This document shows, in pieces, positions 1-9,690 of a DNA stretch of 64,000 bases. The stretch is from Chloroflexota bacterium (GTDB lineage: Bacteria; Chloroflexota; Anaerolineae; UBA1429). The stretch lies in assembly GCA_021372475.1 (NCBI GenBank), contig JAJFUJ010000127.1, positions 24,654 through 88,653 on the forward strand, written 5' to 3'. The position numbers were made by a program, and so were the translations under genes. Under the pieces are notes generated by a model. That model saw only the letters and a program-made list of their open reading frames with translations. It made no database searches and was not told the DNA's origin. Positions within the stretch are counted from its first letter, which is position 1. The number at the start of each line of letters is the position of its first letter.

Positions 1-138
1 ATCCGCCAACGGGTGCAGGACGGCCGCAGCATCCGCTACCTGGTGCCTGCGCCGGTCGAAACCTTCATCCGCGAGCACCACCTATACCTGACTGAAAGGG
101 ACGGAGCTCGGCAGCTCCGACGTTGCTCATGCTTATGA
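1..138 (+). CDS. 3' end of an upstream gene. The C-terminal peptide ...GRSIRYLVPAPVETFIREHHLY resembles the C-terminus of nicotinate-nucleotide adenylyltransferase (NadD). Partial; the start lies outside the window.
   Basis: Frame-1 ORF runs from the window edge to TGA at 136-138. The peptide resembles the NadD C-terminal consensus (ISSTxIRxxxxxGxSIxYLxPxxVxxYIxxHxLY). The identification rests only on this short motif. Confidence 0.35.
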   Translation: MRQRVQDGRSIRYLVPAPVETFIREHHLYLTERDGARQLRRCSCL

Positions 139-941
139 GTATGTCAACGGGCTCTTTGTTTCCGCTTACGCTGGAAGGCATGTTCCGCCAGTGCGCCCGC
201 GCCGGATTTGACGGGCTGGAGCTGGTGGCTGATGGCGACAACCCAGCGCGGATGGCCGAACGTGCTAATCGCTTCACACGCGTTTATCACCTGCCGGTGC
301 GCACGGTTCATCAAAACCTGCTCTTTAAACGCACCAAGAATATCTGGTGCGCCTGGATGCTGGAAGCGGCCGATCTGGCCTTGCGCGTTGAAGCGCGCCA
401 TGTGGTCATCCACAATCCTAGCGCTTTCCGCTGGGAAAGCCCGGCTGCGCAGCGCTGGCTGAGGACGCTTGATATGATGCAGCGCCGGTTGCAAAGGAGC
501 GGTGTGCGCATTGCCTTGGAGAACAGCAATCCCCACAATCCAGACGATAGGTACCGGCTGCTGGCGCAGCTCCCCGACTTGAGCGCCTTTGCCCGCGAGC
601 ACGACCTGGATCTGACCTATGATACCTGTCATGCCGCAGCAGCAGGCGTGGATATTCTCGAAGGCTGGCGCACGGTGAGCAGCCAGGTCGTCAATATCCA
701 CCTGTCGGACTATATTCCCAGGCCGGTGCCCAATGGTTCAGCGCTTCTGCGCAGCTTGTACAGCGACCATCAACTGCCGGGTCGGGGCATCCTGCCGCTG
801 GATGTCTTTCGCCGGCAACTCCTGGCAGAGAATTACCGAGGTGCTGTTACGTTCGAATTAAGCCCTCTTGCCCTTCCCACGCTCAGCACGCCCCGTTTGC
901 AGCACAAATTAAGCAGCCTCGCAGAATTTGGGAAAAGTTAA
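129..941 (+). CDS. Sugar phosphate isomerase/epimerase (xylose-isomerase-like TIM barrel family).
   Basis: 272-aa ORF. Motifs ...ARAGFDGLEL..., VVIHNP and IALEN are typical of the AP-endonuclease-2/xylose-isomerase-like TIM barrel fold. Several alternative ATG starts at 129, 135 and 141; TTG at 123. Confidence 0.55.
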   Translation: MLMSMSTGSLFPLTLEGMFRQCARAGFDGLELVADGDNPARMAERANRFTRVYHLPVRTVHQNLLFKRTKNIWCAWMLEAADLALRVEARHVVIHNPSAFRWESPAAQRWLRTLDMMQRRLQRSGVRIALENSNPHNPDDRYRLLAQLPDLSAFAREHDLDLTYDTCHAAAAGVDILEGWRTVSSQVVNIHLSDYIPRPVPNGSALLRSLYSDHQLPGRGILPLDVFRRQLLAENYRGAVTFELSPLALPTLSTPRLQHKLSSLAEFGKS

Positions 942-972
942 AAATATCCCAATTTTCCCCCTAGTTATCCCT

Positions 973-1000
973 TGCATTAATCCTCAAGCTGTGATATAGT
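973..1000 (+). promoter_or_regulatory. Sigma70-type promoter candidate for the mraZ operon (Pmra): -35 TTGCAT, 16-nt spacer, -10 TATAGT.
   Basis: TTGCAT at 973-978 and TATAGT at 995-1000, about 85 nt upstream of the mraZ ATG. Confidence 0.45.
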
Positions 1001-1024
1001 GGGAGAAAGTGGCATAAAGTAGCA
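1000..1024 (+). promoter_or_regulatory. MraZ operator-like array: three TGGNN-type direct repeats separated by 5-nt spacers (TGGGA-gaaag-TGGCA-taaag-TAGCA), immediately downstream of the -10.
   Basis: Read directly from the sequence. It matches the architecture of the E. coli/Bacillus MraZ binding site: three direct TGGGN repeats with 5-nt spacers overlapping Pmra. Confidence 0.4.
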
Positions 1025-1085
1025 GTGAGTGTCACCACACCTCGCATACTGGCGAACGTCTGGCCAACAGGAGAGCGTGGGTGCG

Positions 1086-1517
1086 ATGTTAGTAGGCAAA
1101 TACCCGCATACACTGGACGCCAAAGGGCGCCTAACTATCCCTGTGCAGTTCCGTGGGGAACTGTCGGACGGCTTGTATATCACCATCGGCTTTAAAAACT
1201 GTCTGCTGGTCTATCCCCGAGCTGATTTTGAAGAGCTGGCGCGCAGGCTCAAAGCCTTGCCCAGCACGAACAAAGCGGTGAGCGACTATAAACAGCTCGT
1301 GCTGGGGAATGCTTTCTTTATCGAACTAGACTCGATGGGGCGTGTGCTGGTGCCAGCCGTCCTGCGCGATGCAATTCACCTCGAACAAGAGGCATGCATC
1401 GTTGGGCAGGCAACGGTCATCGAAATCTGGCGCCCCGATGACCTGTTGGCCATTAACGAGGACATTCGTTCCAGAGGCGATTCGATTCAGGACGAATTGG
1501 CGAATCTGGGCGTTTAG
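1086..1517 (+). CDS. mraZ: Transcriptional regulator MraZ.
   Basis: [23 protein letters not shown]... tandem MraZ/SpoVT-AbrB-like halves. ATG at 1086 preceded by GGAGAG. The ORF track starts earlier, at 1029. First gene of the dcw cluster. Confidence 0.9.
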   Translation: MLVGKYPHTLDAKGRLTIPVQFRGELSDGLYITIGFKNCLLVYPRADFEELARRLKALPSTNKAVSDYKQLVLGNAFFIELDSMGRVLVPAVLRDAIHLEQEACIVGQATVIEIWRPDDLLAINEDIRSRGDSIQDELANLGV

Positions 1518-1519
1518 TA

Positions 1520-2464
1520 ATGGAAGATCGAGCAACTCCTGCCGAACATATACCAGTTTTATTCGCCGAGGTAATGGAGTGGCTGCGGCCCGTTCCCGGC
1601 GGGCGCTATATCGACGCAACGCTCGGCCTGGCCGGCCACGCAACGGGCATTCTGGAGCGGTCGGCCCCTGATGGACGGCTGCTCGGGATTGACCGCGACC
1701 CGCAGGCGTTGTCCGTAGCGCAGGCCAGGTTGGCTCCCTTTGGGGAGCGGGCGGTAACGCGCTGCGCTTCGTTCGCTGATTTACGTTCTATCGCGGAAGA
1801 GGCGGGCTTTGGCCAGGTGGACGGCATCCTGCTCGATTTGGGCGTATCGTCATTGCAGTTGGATGAAGCAGAACGAGGATTTTCGTTTCGGGCCAGCGGT
1901 CCGTTGGATATGCGCATGGGGCCTAGCGCCGAATTCGATGCAGCGCAGGTCGTCAATACATGGTCGGAACAAGAGCTGGCGCGGATTCTCTATGAATACG
2001 GTGAAGAACGGCGCGCCCGGCGGGTCGCACGAGCGATCTGCAGCGCAAGGCCGTTTTACGATACCTTGAGCCTGGCTGCGGTAGTTGCCCGGGCTGCCGG
2101 ACCTTCCGGCAAAATCCATCCCGCAACCCGCACGTTTCAGGCATTGAGGATCGTTGTCAACGATGAACTGGGCGCTCTGCAGCGCGCCTTACCACAGGCG
2201 GTCACCTGTCTCGCGCCATATGGAAGGCTGGTAGTCATTGCATTTCACTCGCTCGAAGATCGTATCGTCAAACAGTTTTTGCAACGGGAAGTGCACAACT
2301 GCATCTGCCCACCAGAGATGCCGGTGTGCACGTGCGGGCACCGCGCCACGCTGCAGCTCGGTACACGCAAGCCGGTAACGGCAAGCGAGGCTGAGGTGGC
2401 GCGCAATCCGCGCAGCCGTAGCGCACGGCTGCGGTCGGCGGCAAGGTTAGGGGGCTCAGTATGA
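1520..2464 (+). CDS. rsmH: 16S rRNA (cytosine1402-N4)-methyltransferase RsmH (MraW).
   Basis: 314 aa. SAM-binding motif [10 protein letters not shown] and the conserved RsmH C-terminal region. Sits directly after mraZ. Confidence 0.92.
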   Translation: MEDRATPAEHIPVLFAEVMEWLRPVPGGRYIDATLGLAGHATGILERSAPDGRLLGIDRDPQALSVAQARLAPFGERAVTRCASFADLRSIAEEAGFGQVDGILLDLGVSSLQLDEAERGFSFRASGPLDMRMGPSAEFDAAQVVNTWSEQELARILYEYGEERRARRVARAICSARPFYDTLSLAAVVARAAGPSGKIHPATRTFQALRIVVNDELGALQRALPQAVTCLAPYGRLVVIAFHSLEDRIVKQFLQREVHNCICPPEMPVCTCGHRATLQLGTRKPVTASEAEVARNPRSRSARLRSAARLGGSV

Positions 2465-2937
2465 CCATCGACCGCAGCCAGGTGCCGGAAATGCCGAATG
2501 TGCAGCCGCAGCTTGTCAAGCTGGCGGAGAGGATCGAGTATCGCCGCCTGTTGATGACTGCGCTGGCATTGGTGGCGGCAGCCCTGGCCGGGTGGCTTTA
2601 CTTGCGCCAGGCCAGCATTGTAGCGGCCTACTGGCACGAGATTGGCGAACTCGAAGCATACAAGACCGAGTTGCGCCAGAATATCTCGAGCCTGCAGACG
2701 CAGGCAGCCAGGGAAGTCTCCTTGATCGAGCTGCAAACCGCTTCCCAGGCGCTGGGCTTTCGCCGTCCGGTAACGGGTGAAACTCACGAGAGCATAGAAG
2801 TAAGCATTGCCGCTCCGGCAAAGGTGGCTATCGGGAGCTTGGCGAGCGAATCAAGCGCGCCGACTACTGAGCGCAATCCGCTGCGCCGTTTGTGGCAGCG
2901 CTTCCAAGCCTGGCTGCACGCCGAACCGGGCACATAA
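2461..2937 (+). CDS. ftsL: FtsL-like cell division protein: a single transmembrane helix followed by a coiled coil.
   Basis: 158 aa. TM segment [19 protein letters not shown] followed by heptad-like [17 protein letters not shown]. It sits between rsmH and ftsI, and its ATG overlaps the rsmH stop (ATGA). Confidence 0.55.
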   Translation: MTIDRSQVPEMPNVQPQLVKLAERIEYRRLLMTALALVAAALAGWLYLRQASIVAAYWHEIGELEAYKTELRQNISSLQTQAAREVSLIELQTASQALGFRRPVTGETHESIEVSIAAPAKVAIGSLASESSAPTTERNPLRRLWQRFQAWLHAEPGT

Positions 2938-2946
2938 GCAGCGCTT

Positions 2947-4701
2947 ATGCATTCTGAAACGTTCGAAGGTAATCAACAGCGGCGCATCGTTTGGCTGCTG
3001 ATGATCCTCGGGGTGGTGGGCATGTATATTTTTGCCCACCTGGTATTCTGGCAGCTTTTTGCACGCAGCGAGAGTATGCCAGTTTTTACGTCGAACGGCA
3101 CTACGCTGCCGGCGACGCGCGGCACGATATACGATGCGACCGGGCATCCGCTGGCGCTCGCAGATGTGCATTACGAGGTGGATGTAACACCACGGCTGCT
3201 TTCGAGCGGGCAGATCGACCGCTTGGTGCCGGAACTGGCCAGGATTTTTGATACCAGTGAAGAGGAACTGTACCAGGTGATAACCAACACGAACACGACC
3301 AACTTTTATGTGCTGGGGCGCGAGCTGCCGTCTCAGGTAAAACAAGAGTTGGACACTCTCGGTGAGGAATTGATGAGCGATCCTGATCCGACGGAGCGTT
3401 TCACGCTGGACGCCTTTGTGGTGCAGGCTGAGCCGATCAGGTCCTACCCCGAGGGCAACCTGGCAGCCTCTGTGCTTGGGATTATCAACAAGGAAGGTAT
3501 CAAGACGGGCCTGGAATTACGCTACGATGAGCAGATTGGCGGTCAAGATGGGCAGCGCAGCTCGCTCTCAGGACAGCTCCTAAGCGAAGAAGGCGGCTAT
3601 CAGCCGGTGCAGGATGGCGCCGACCTGGTGCTCTCTATTGACCGCAACCTGCAGGCCGAGGCTGAACGCCTATTGACTCAGGTTGTCAGCGACAGCAAGG
3701 CCGTGCGCGGCACGATAATCATCCTGGATGCGGAGACCGGCGCGGTAAAGACGCTGGCCAACGCGCCATCCTTTGATCCGGGTGATTGGAACAGTTGGAG
3801 TAAACTCGAACCGTGGGTCTTTAATAATATGGCCGTCAATTCGACTTATGAACCGCGCGCAACGTTTATGCCGCTTACCATCGCGGCCGCCCTGGAAGCC
3901 AATGTGATAACCACAGGAACGACATACGATGACCACGGCGCGCTGCTGGTGGGCGGACAGCGCTTTGTCAACTGGGATGTGGCTAAGCGCCCGGCCATCG
4001 CCTCTTCGACGCTGACGGATACGCTGGCTACATCGCGCATCTATGGCACGGTATATATTGGTTCACTAATGGGGCCAGCACGATTTTACGAGATGATTCG
4101 ACGCATGGGCTTTGGTGAGCCGACGGGCATCGATCTGCCAGCCGAGCAATCCGGCGAGATGCCGCTGCCGGGAGCGTCGGACTGGTCGCTGGCCTACCTG
4201 GGTATGAACAGCATCGGCCGTTCGCTGACCGCGACGCCCATGCAGCTCGCGGCGGCCTGGGGTGTGCTGGCCAATGGCGGGCTGTTGATGCGTCCGTATG
4301 TGGTGGCGGAACAACGCGGCGACCAAGTCGTCACCACTGAGCCTTACCGCGTGCGCCGCGTCATCAGCGCAGAAAACGCCGCCGCCGTGACGTCTATGCT
4401 CGTCGAGGCGGTGAACAGCTCTGCCATGGGGCCTATCGTGCCTGGCTACCAGTTCGCCGGCATCTCGAGCCTGACGGGCACGCCTGGCGCAGATAACCTG
4501 CCGCGTGGAACGTTGACTTCGTCCTATATCGGTTACGGACCGCTGCCCGACAAGCGTTATGTCATATTGGTGATGATAGACCAACCTCAACCGGTATACT
4601 TTGGCACCGATGTCGCCCAGCCGGTCTTCCGACAGATGGCAACTTATATGGTGAATTATTTAGGAATTGCTCCCAGTGCTGATGCTTTCGAGGCGAATTA
4701 A
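2947..4701 (+). CDS. ftsI: Penicillin-binding protein, class B transpeptidase (FtsI/PBP2-like).
   Basis: 584 aa with an N-terminal TM helix, a PBP dimerisation region and a transpeptidase domain (STxK/SxN/KTG-type motifs, e.g. ...SSLTGTPG...). The expected dcw position. Confidence 0.85.
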   Translation: MHSETFEGNQQRRIVWLLMILGVVGMYIFAHLVFWQLFARSESMPVFTSNGTTLPATRGTIYDATGHPLALADVHYEVDVTPRLLSSGQIDRLVPELARIFDTSEEELYQVITNTNTTNFYVLGRELPSQVKQELDTLGEELMSDPDPTERFTLDAFVVQAEPIRSYPEGNLAASVLGIINKEGIKTGLELRYDEQIGGQDGQRSSLSGQLLSEEGGYQPVQDGADLVLSIDRNLQAEAERLLTQVVSDSKAVRGTIIILDAETGAVKTLANAPSFDPGDWNSWSKLEPWVFNNMAVNSTYEPRATFMPLTIAAALEANVITTGTTYDDHGALLVGGQRFVNWDVAKRPAIASSTLTDTLATSRIYGTVYIGSLMGPARFYEMIRRMGFGEPTGIDLPAEQSGEMPLPGASDWSLAYLGMNSIGRSLTATPMQLAAAWGVLANGGLLMRPYVVAEQRGDQVVTTEPYRVRRVISAENAAAVTSMLVEAVNSSAMGPIVPGYQFAGISSLTGTPGADNLPRGTLTSSYIGYGPLPDKRYVILVMIDQPQPVYFGTDVAQPVFRQMATYMVNYLGIAPSADAFEAN

Positions 4702-4702
4702 G

Positions 4703-6148
4703 ATGGGTGCTCTCCTGAATTTGACGGAAATCCTGGGCGCACTGGCCCCGCACCTGCACCTGGCCGGCGCTGATGAGGTGCTCGTGCGCGGCGTGAGTAT
4801 CGACTCGCGCCAGGTGAACAAGGATTACCTGTTTGTGGCCTTGCGCGGTGAGCGGCGCGACGGCCACGAGTTTGTCGCGCAAGCCTTCCAGAGTGGCGCC
4901 TGCCTGGCACTGACGGAACATCCGCTGGAGGGACTGCCTGCGCTCGATACGTGTGCCGCCCAAGCGCCCGAACGGTTCGACCTGCCGTGCACGCTGGTAG
5001 TGCCGGATACATTAGCCGCGCTGCAGCAAGTCGCAGCAGCGCACCGCAGCCAGTTCAAGGCCATCGAGGTAGTGGGCGTAACGGGTTCGATGGGTAAGAC
5101 CACCGCCAAGGAAGCGATCGCCGCAGTGTTGGCGCAAGGCGGGAGCACGCTCAGGAACGCAGGCAACCAGAATAACGAGATCGGGTTACCCTTGACCCTG
5201 CTGACTATGGAAGCAAGCCACCGCTACGCCGTGCTCGAAATGGGAATGTATGCACTGGACGAGATAGCCCTGCTCTGCCGGCTGGCGCAGCCGCGGGTGG
5301 GCGTGGTGTTGAATGTGGCCCCGATTCACCTGGAACGCCTGGGGAGCATCGAACGCATCGCTCAGGCCAAGGCAGAGCTGGTGCAGGCGCTGCCGGAGGA
5401 CGGCCTAGCGATCCTCAATGGCGATGACCCGCTGGTCGCGCAGATGGCCGGCCTCACCCGCGCACGGACACTCACCTATGGGCTGCAACCGGGCAATATG
5501 TTGTGGGCGAGCGAGGTAATCACGCACGGGCTGGAGGGGATCTCCCTGCAAGTGCATGCCGATCCGCGAGTTTTCCCAGATGTGGAACCCGAGTACATGC
5601 TCAAACTACAGCTTCTGGGCAAGCATGCCGCCTATACCGCCCTGGCCGCGGCTGCGGTGGGGCTTGCCGAAGGTTTGCCATGGACAGCCATTCAGCGCGG
5701 GCTTGAAACGTTGGGCTACGGCTTGCGTCTGGTGCCCGAGCCGGGCATCGGCGGCGTCCTGATACTGAATGACAGCTACAACGCCAACCCGAGCTCCACG
5801 GCAGCCGCGCTGGATGTACTCGCATCGCTGCCTGGCCGGCATATCGCCGTGTTGGGCGATATGCTGGAGCTTGGCTCCGCAGAGCAGAGCGGCCACCGCG
5901 CAGTGGGCGCGCACGCCGCGGCTACGGCCGATATGCTGATTACGCTGGGCATACGTGCTCGTGAGATTGCCGCCGGCGCGCGGGAAGCCGGCATGACGGG
6001 AGCGCTGGTGCATGAATTTATGGCGACGGATGAAATTGTGGCCTATCTCAAACCGCTGCTGCAGCCGGAGGATGTCGTGCTGGTCAAAGGTTCGCGCGTG
6101 ATGGCGATGGAAAAGATCGTGCAAGCGCTACAGGAGCCACCGCAATGA
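4703..6148 (+). CDS. murF: UDP-N-acetylmuramoyl-tripeptide--D-alanyl-D-alanine ligase MurF.
   Basis: GVTGSMGKTTAKEAIAAVL P-loop and the NNEIGLPLTLL motif characteristic of MurF. ATG at 4703; the ORF track starts earlier at 4667, overlapping the ftsI end. Confidence 0.9.
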   Translation: MGALLNLTEILGALAPHLHLAGADEVLVRGVSIDSRQVNKDYLFVALRGERRDGHEFVAQAFQSGACLALTEHPLEGLPALDTCAAQAPERFDLPCTLVVPDTLAALQQVAAAHRSQFKAIEVVGVTGSMGKTTAKEAIAAVLAQGGSTLRNAGNQNNEIGLPLTLLTMEASHRYAVLEMGMYALDEIALLCRLAQPRVGVVLNVAPIHLERLGSIERIAQAKAELVQALPEDGLAILNGDDPLVAQMAGLTRARTLTYGLQPGNMLWASEVITHGLEGISLQVHADPRVFPDVEPEYMLKLQLLGKHAAYTALAAAAVGLAEGLPWTAIQRGLETLGYGLRLVPEPGIGGVLILNDSYNANPSSTAAALDVLASLPGRHIAVLGDMLELGSAEQSGHRAVGAHAAATADMLITLGIRAREIAAGAREAGMTGALVHEFMATDEIVAYLKPLLQPEDVVLVKGSRVMAMEKIVQALQEPPQ

Positions 6149-7125
6149 CACTTGCCCTGCTTTTTGGCGCGATTACCTTCCTGGCGCTGCTGCCATTGGG
6201 GCGCCCGTTGATCCATTGGCTCACCCAGCGCGGCATCGGCAAGCATATCCGCGTGGATGGCCCCGCTCAGCATCAGGTCAAGTCGGGCACGCCGACGATG
6301 GGCGGCATCTATTTTGTCGGCGGCGCGGTCATCGGCAGCCTGGCAGCCGCAGCGCTAGGTCACGAGGAAACGCTGCTGCCGGTCATCGCTGTAGCCGCCT
6401 TTGCAGCGCTCGGCGCGATTGACGATTGGAAAGGCTTGCGCGATGCCAGCGGCGTGGGCTGGCTGGCAAGGTACAAGTTCCCAGTGCAGTGGGGCACGGC
6501 GCTGATTGTCGCGCTGCTCTTGTACTGGCTCACCCCCGAGCACCTGCTGGTGATACCGGGCACAGGCAAGAGCATCGAATTGGGATGGTGGGCGGTGGTG
6601 ATAGCCACGCCGCTTTTGGTTTTTATCAGCAATGCAGTCAATATCTCGGATGGCCAGGACGGCCTGGCGGGCGGGATGAGCGCGCTGGCCTATGCCGCCT
6701 TTGGGTTAGTGGCGCTGATGCGCGGCAATGCAGGATTGACGATTTTCAGCTTTGTCATGGTGGGCAGCCTGTGTGCGTTCTTGTGGTACAACGCGCATCC
6801 GGCCAGCGTTTTTATGGGCGACATCGGTTCCGAGGCGCTGGGAGCTGGTCTGGTAGCGCTGGCGATGCTTACGGGACAATGGATTGTGCTGCTTGTCATC
6901 GCGCTGGTGTTTATCGTCGAGGCGCTCTCGGTCATGCTGCAGGTAAGTTATTTCAAATACACCAAACGGCGCTACGGTGAAGGGCGGCGCATACTCAAGA
7001 TGTCGCCGCTGCACCATCATTTCGAGCTGCTGGGCATCCCGGAAGAGCGCATTACGGTGCGTTTTTGGCTGGCTGCGGCCGTCTGCTGCGCGCTTGGCGT
7101 GGCGCTGGCGGCCTGGGGAGCATAA
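6145..7125 (+). CDS. mraY: Phospho-N-acetylmuramoyl-pentapeptide transferase MraY.
   Basis: 326-aa polytopic membrane protein with the conserved MraY motifs (GTPTMGG..., NAVNISDGQDGLAGG, HHHFEL). Confidence 0.93.
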   Translation: MTLALLFGAITFLALLPLGRPLIHWLTQRGIGKHIRVDGPAQHQVKSGTPTMGGIYFVGGAVIGSLAAAALGHEETLLPVIAVAAFAALGAIDDWKGLRDASGVGWLARYKFPVQWGTALIVALLLYWLTPEHLLVIPGTGKSIELGWWAVVIATPLLVFISNAVNISDGQDGLAGGMSALAYAAFGLVALMRGNAGLTIFSFVMVGSLCAFLWYNAHPASVFMGDIGSEALGAGLVALAMLTGQWIVLLVIALVFIVEALSVMLQVSYFKYTKRRYGEGRRILKMSPLHHHFELLGIPEERITVRFWLAAAVCCALGVALAAWGA

Positions 7126-8567
7126 TGTTGACGGCAGAAGAATTGAAAGGGCTGCGGGCAGTGATTATCGGGGCGGCGCGCGAAGGCAGCGCCCTGGCGC
7201 ACTATCTGGCTGCCTGCGGAACACACGTGACGCTGTGCGACCGCAAGGATGACGCCGCGCTCGCGCAGCGCCTGAGCGGTCTGGCGGCCGAGGGCGTGCG
7301 CCTGGCGCTGGGCGCGGATCCCTCCGATGAGTTGCTCGCCCAGACGGATGTGCTGTTCATCAGCCCGGCGGTGCCGCGCAATGCCCCGCTAGTGGAAAAG
7401 GCGCGCGCCCTGGGGCTGCCGATTTCGAGCGAGCCACGCCTGTTCACCCAAGTATGCCCGGCGCCGGTCGTCGGCATCACCGGGTCGAGCGGCAAGACGA
7501 CCTGCACCGCATTGGTCGGCGAGATGTGCCGTTTGAGCGGCATGAACGCGTGGGTGGGCGGCAACATCGGCATCCCATTGACCGAACGCCTGCTGGAACG
7601 CCCCTGGCCGGATGCGGCCGTGATGGAGCTCTCCAGCTTCCAGCTCGAGGTCTTCACGCCGACTTACCAGGGGGCAGCGGCCGAGCGTAAGCGCAGCGCG
7701 GCCTCGCGGGTTATCTCGCTGGCCGGATGGAGCCCGCATGTCGCAGTAGTGACCAATATTACGCCGAATCACTTGGATAGGCACGCCGATATGGCGGAAT
7801 ACGCCGCGGCTAAATACAGCATCATGGCTTTCCAGAGCGAGGATGATTGGCTCGTGCTGAACGCGGATGATGCCGCAACGACGCCCTGGGCTGACCAGGC
7901 GCGCGGCAAGCTGCTCCGCTTTAGCCTGACGGATGAACCGGCGCAAGGCGCGTACCTGCGCGGCAGTGAGCTGGTCGTCCGCTGGAACGGTGTTGAGCAG
8001 GTCATCTGCCGGCCGGATGAGGTGCGGCTGCGCGGCAGCCACAATCTGGCCAATATTTTAGCCGCAAGCTGCGCGGCGCTGGCCGCCGGAGCGGGAACAG
8101 AGGCCGTCAGCCAGGCAGCGCGCACATTCAGCGGTGTGCCGCACCGCATGGAGGTGGTGCGAAGGCGCAGCGGCGTCCTGTGGGTTAACGATTCCATCGC
8201 GACTTCACCCGAACGGGTTTGCGCGGCGCTGCGCTCTTTTAATGAACCGCTGGTGCTGCTGGCCGGCGGGCGCGACAAGCATCTGCCGTGGGAGGAATGG
8301 GCCCAGTTGGCCGGGCAGCACGCCCGTGTGGTGATTGCCTTCGGCGAGGCAGTGCCGATTATCGAACGCGCCCTATTGACGGCCAGCCAGGCAGCCGCTG
8401 TGGAACTGCAAAAGGTGGCCAACCTGGAGCAGGCCGTGGCATTGGCAGCCGAGGTCGCTCAGCCCGGCGAGGTGGTGCTGCTCAGCCCGGGCGGCACAAG
8501 CTTTGATGCATATGCGGATTTCGAGGAACGCGGTCAGCATTTCCGCGACCTGGTGGCCGCGCTGTGA
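7125..8567 (+). CDS. murD: UDP-N-acetylmuramoylalanine--D-glutamate ligase MurD.
   Basis: N-terminal Rossmann region (VIIGAAREGSAL) and the P-loop ITGSSGKTTCT. ATG overlaps the mraY stop (TAATG). The ORF track begins at an upstream in-frame start, 7065. Confidence 0.9.
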   Translation: MLTAEELKGLRAVIIGAAREGSALAHYLAACGTHVTLCDRKDDAALAQRLSGLAAEGVRLALGADPSDELLAQTDVLFISPAVPRNAPLVEKARALGLPISSEPRLFTQVCPAPVVGITGSSGKTTCTALVGEMCRLSGMNAWVGGNIGIPLTERLLERPWPDAAVMELSSFQLEVFTPTYQGAAAERKRSAASRVISLAGWSPHVAVVTNITPNHLDRHADMAEYAAAKYSIMAFQSEDDWLVLNADDAATTPWADQARGKLLRFSLTDEPAQGAYLRGSELVVRWNGVEQVICRPDEVRLRGSHNLANILAASCAALAAGAGTEAVSQAARTFSGVPHRMEVVRRRSGVLWVNDSIATSPERVCAALRSFNEPLVLLAGGRDKHLPWEEWAQLAGQHARVVIAFGEAVPIIERALLTASQAAAVELQKVANLEQAVALAAEVAQPGEVVLLSPGGTSFDAYADFEERGQHFRDLVAAL

Positions 8568-8577
8568 GGTTGCTGCA

Positions 8578-9690
8578 ATGACACTGTTGAATATGAAAGG
8601 CAGGCTCTCTCCCACCAGCATCCGTCTGCTGTTGGTGGTGTTTGCCTTGCTGGCGCTTGGGCTGGTGATGGTTTACAGCGCCTCCTACGGCTATGCATTT
8701 GGCGAATACAGCTCCACCAAAGACGATCTCACCTATTACTTTAAGCGCCAGTTTGTGGCGGCTGTCATTGGGGTCGTGTTGATGGCATTTCTGACCCTTT
8801 TCGACTACCACAACCTGCCGCGCTTTGCGACATGGATCTTGGGCGGGACATTGCTCATCATCTTGCCCACCGCGTTTTTCGGGCGCTGGTTGTTCGGCTC
8901 GTGGGGACAACTGGCTGAATTGGCCAGGCTGTTGGCGATTACCTACCTAGCCATCTGGCTGGCGCAAAAAGGGGATGAAATCCGCAGCCTGAAGCTCGGT
9001 TTCCTGCCGTATGGGTTGCTGGTAGGGTTCATCACCGGCCTGATAATACTGCAGCCCGATATTTCGACGGCTATATTGATGTTTGTGACGGCGATGGCAA
9101 TGGTATTCGTAGCCGGCGCCGATATCCGCCAGATTGTCCCGACCATCTTTATCATCATCCCGCTGGTCATCGGCGTCGCACTGCTCTTAAAGCACGGCGA
9201 TCGTATCTTCTTGTGGTTATCTACGGCGTTCAAGGGTGTGGCCGACCAGGATTCGCAGGTGGCGCAGTGCCTGATAGCGTTCAACCGGGGAGGATTTTTC
9301 GGGGTCGGCCTCGGGCAAAGCGAACTGAAATACGTTATTTACGCTGCCCATTCGGACGGCATCTTTGCTATCATCGGCGAGGAGCTGGGATTCCTCGGCG
9401 CAACAGTAGTTGTTATTCTGTATTCGCTGTGGACCTGGTGGGGGCTCAAGGTAGCCCGTGAGGCGCGCGACCCGCTGGGACGTATGCTGGCTACTGGGCT
9501 GACCCTCTGGGTAACGTTGGGCGCGGTGATGCACATCGCCGGGACGCTCAACGCTATCCCCTTCACCGGCTCGGTGCTGCCGTTTATATCCAGCGGCGGC
9601 TCGTCGCTGCTCACGACTTTGGCTTCGGTAGGAATCATCCTCAGCATCACGCGCGCTGAACCGGCATCGGCGCAGGAGAGCCTGCGATGA
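8578..9690 (+). CDS. ftsW: Peptidoglycan glycosyltransferase FtsW (SEDS family).
   Basis: About 10 TM helices with SEDS motifs (...DFHNLPRF..., ...AHSDGIFAIIGEELGFLG...). The start at 8578 (MTLLNMKGRL) is chosen to avoid overlap with murD. Confidence 0.85.
   Translation: MTLLNMKGRLSPTSIRLLLVVFALLALGLVMVYSASYGYAFGEYSSTKDDLTYYFKRQFVAAVIGVVLMAFLTLFDYHNLPRFATWILGGTLLIILPTAFFGRWLFGSWGQLAELARLLAITYLAIWLAQKGDEIRSLKLGFLPYGLLVGFITGLIILQPDISTAILMFVTAMAMVFVAGADIRQIVPTIFIIIPLVIGVALLLKHGDRIFLWLSTAFKGVADQDSQVAQCLIAFNRGGFFGVGLGQSELKYVIYAAHSDGIFAIIGEELGFLGATVVVILYSLWTWWGLKVAREARDPLGRMLATGLTLWVTLGAVMHIAGTLNAIPFTGSVLPFISSGGSSLLTTLASVGIILSITRAEPASAQESLR

Noticed and set aside
144-701. Long antisense ORFs inside confirmed genes. 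Examples: 144..701(-), 5606..6124(-), 7389..8042(-), 10407..11399(-), 16190..16960(-), 32592..33410(-), 43436..44350(-), 47490..48179(+).
   Set aside because: These are typical high-GC shadow ORFs. They overlap well-supported genes on the other strand, have Arg/Ala/Pro-rich low-complexity translations, and carry no RBS or recognisable motifs.
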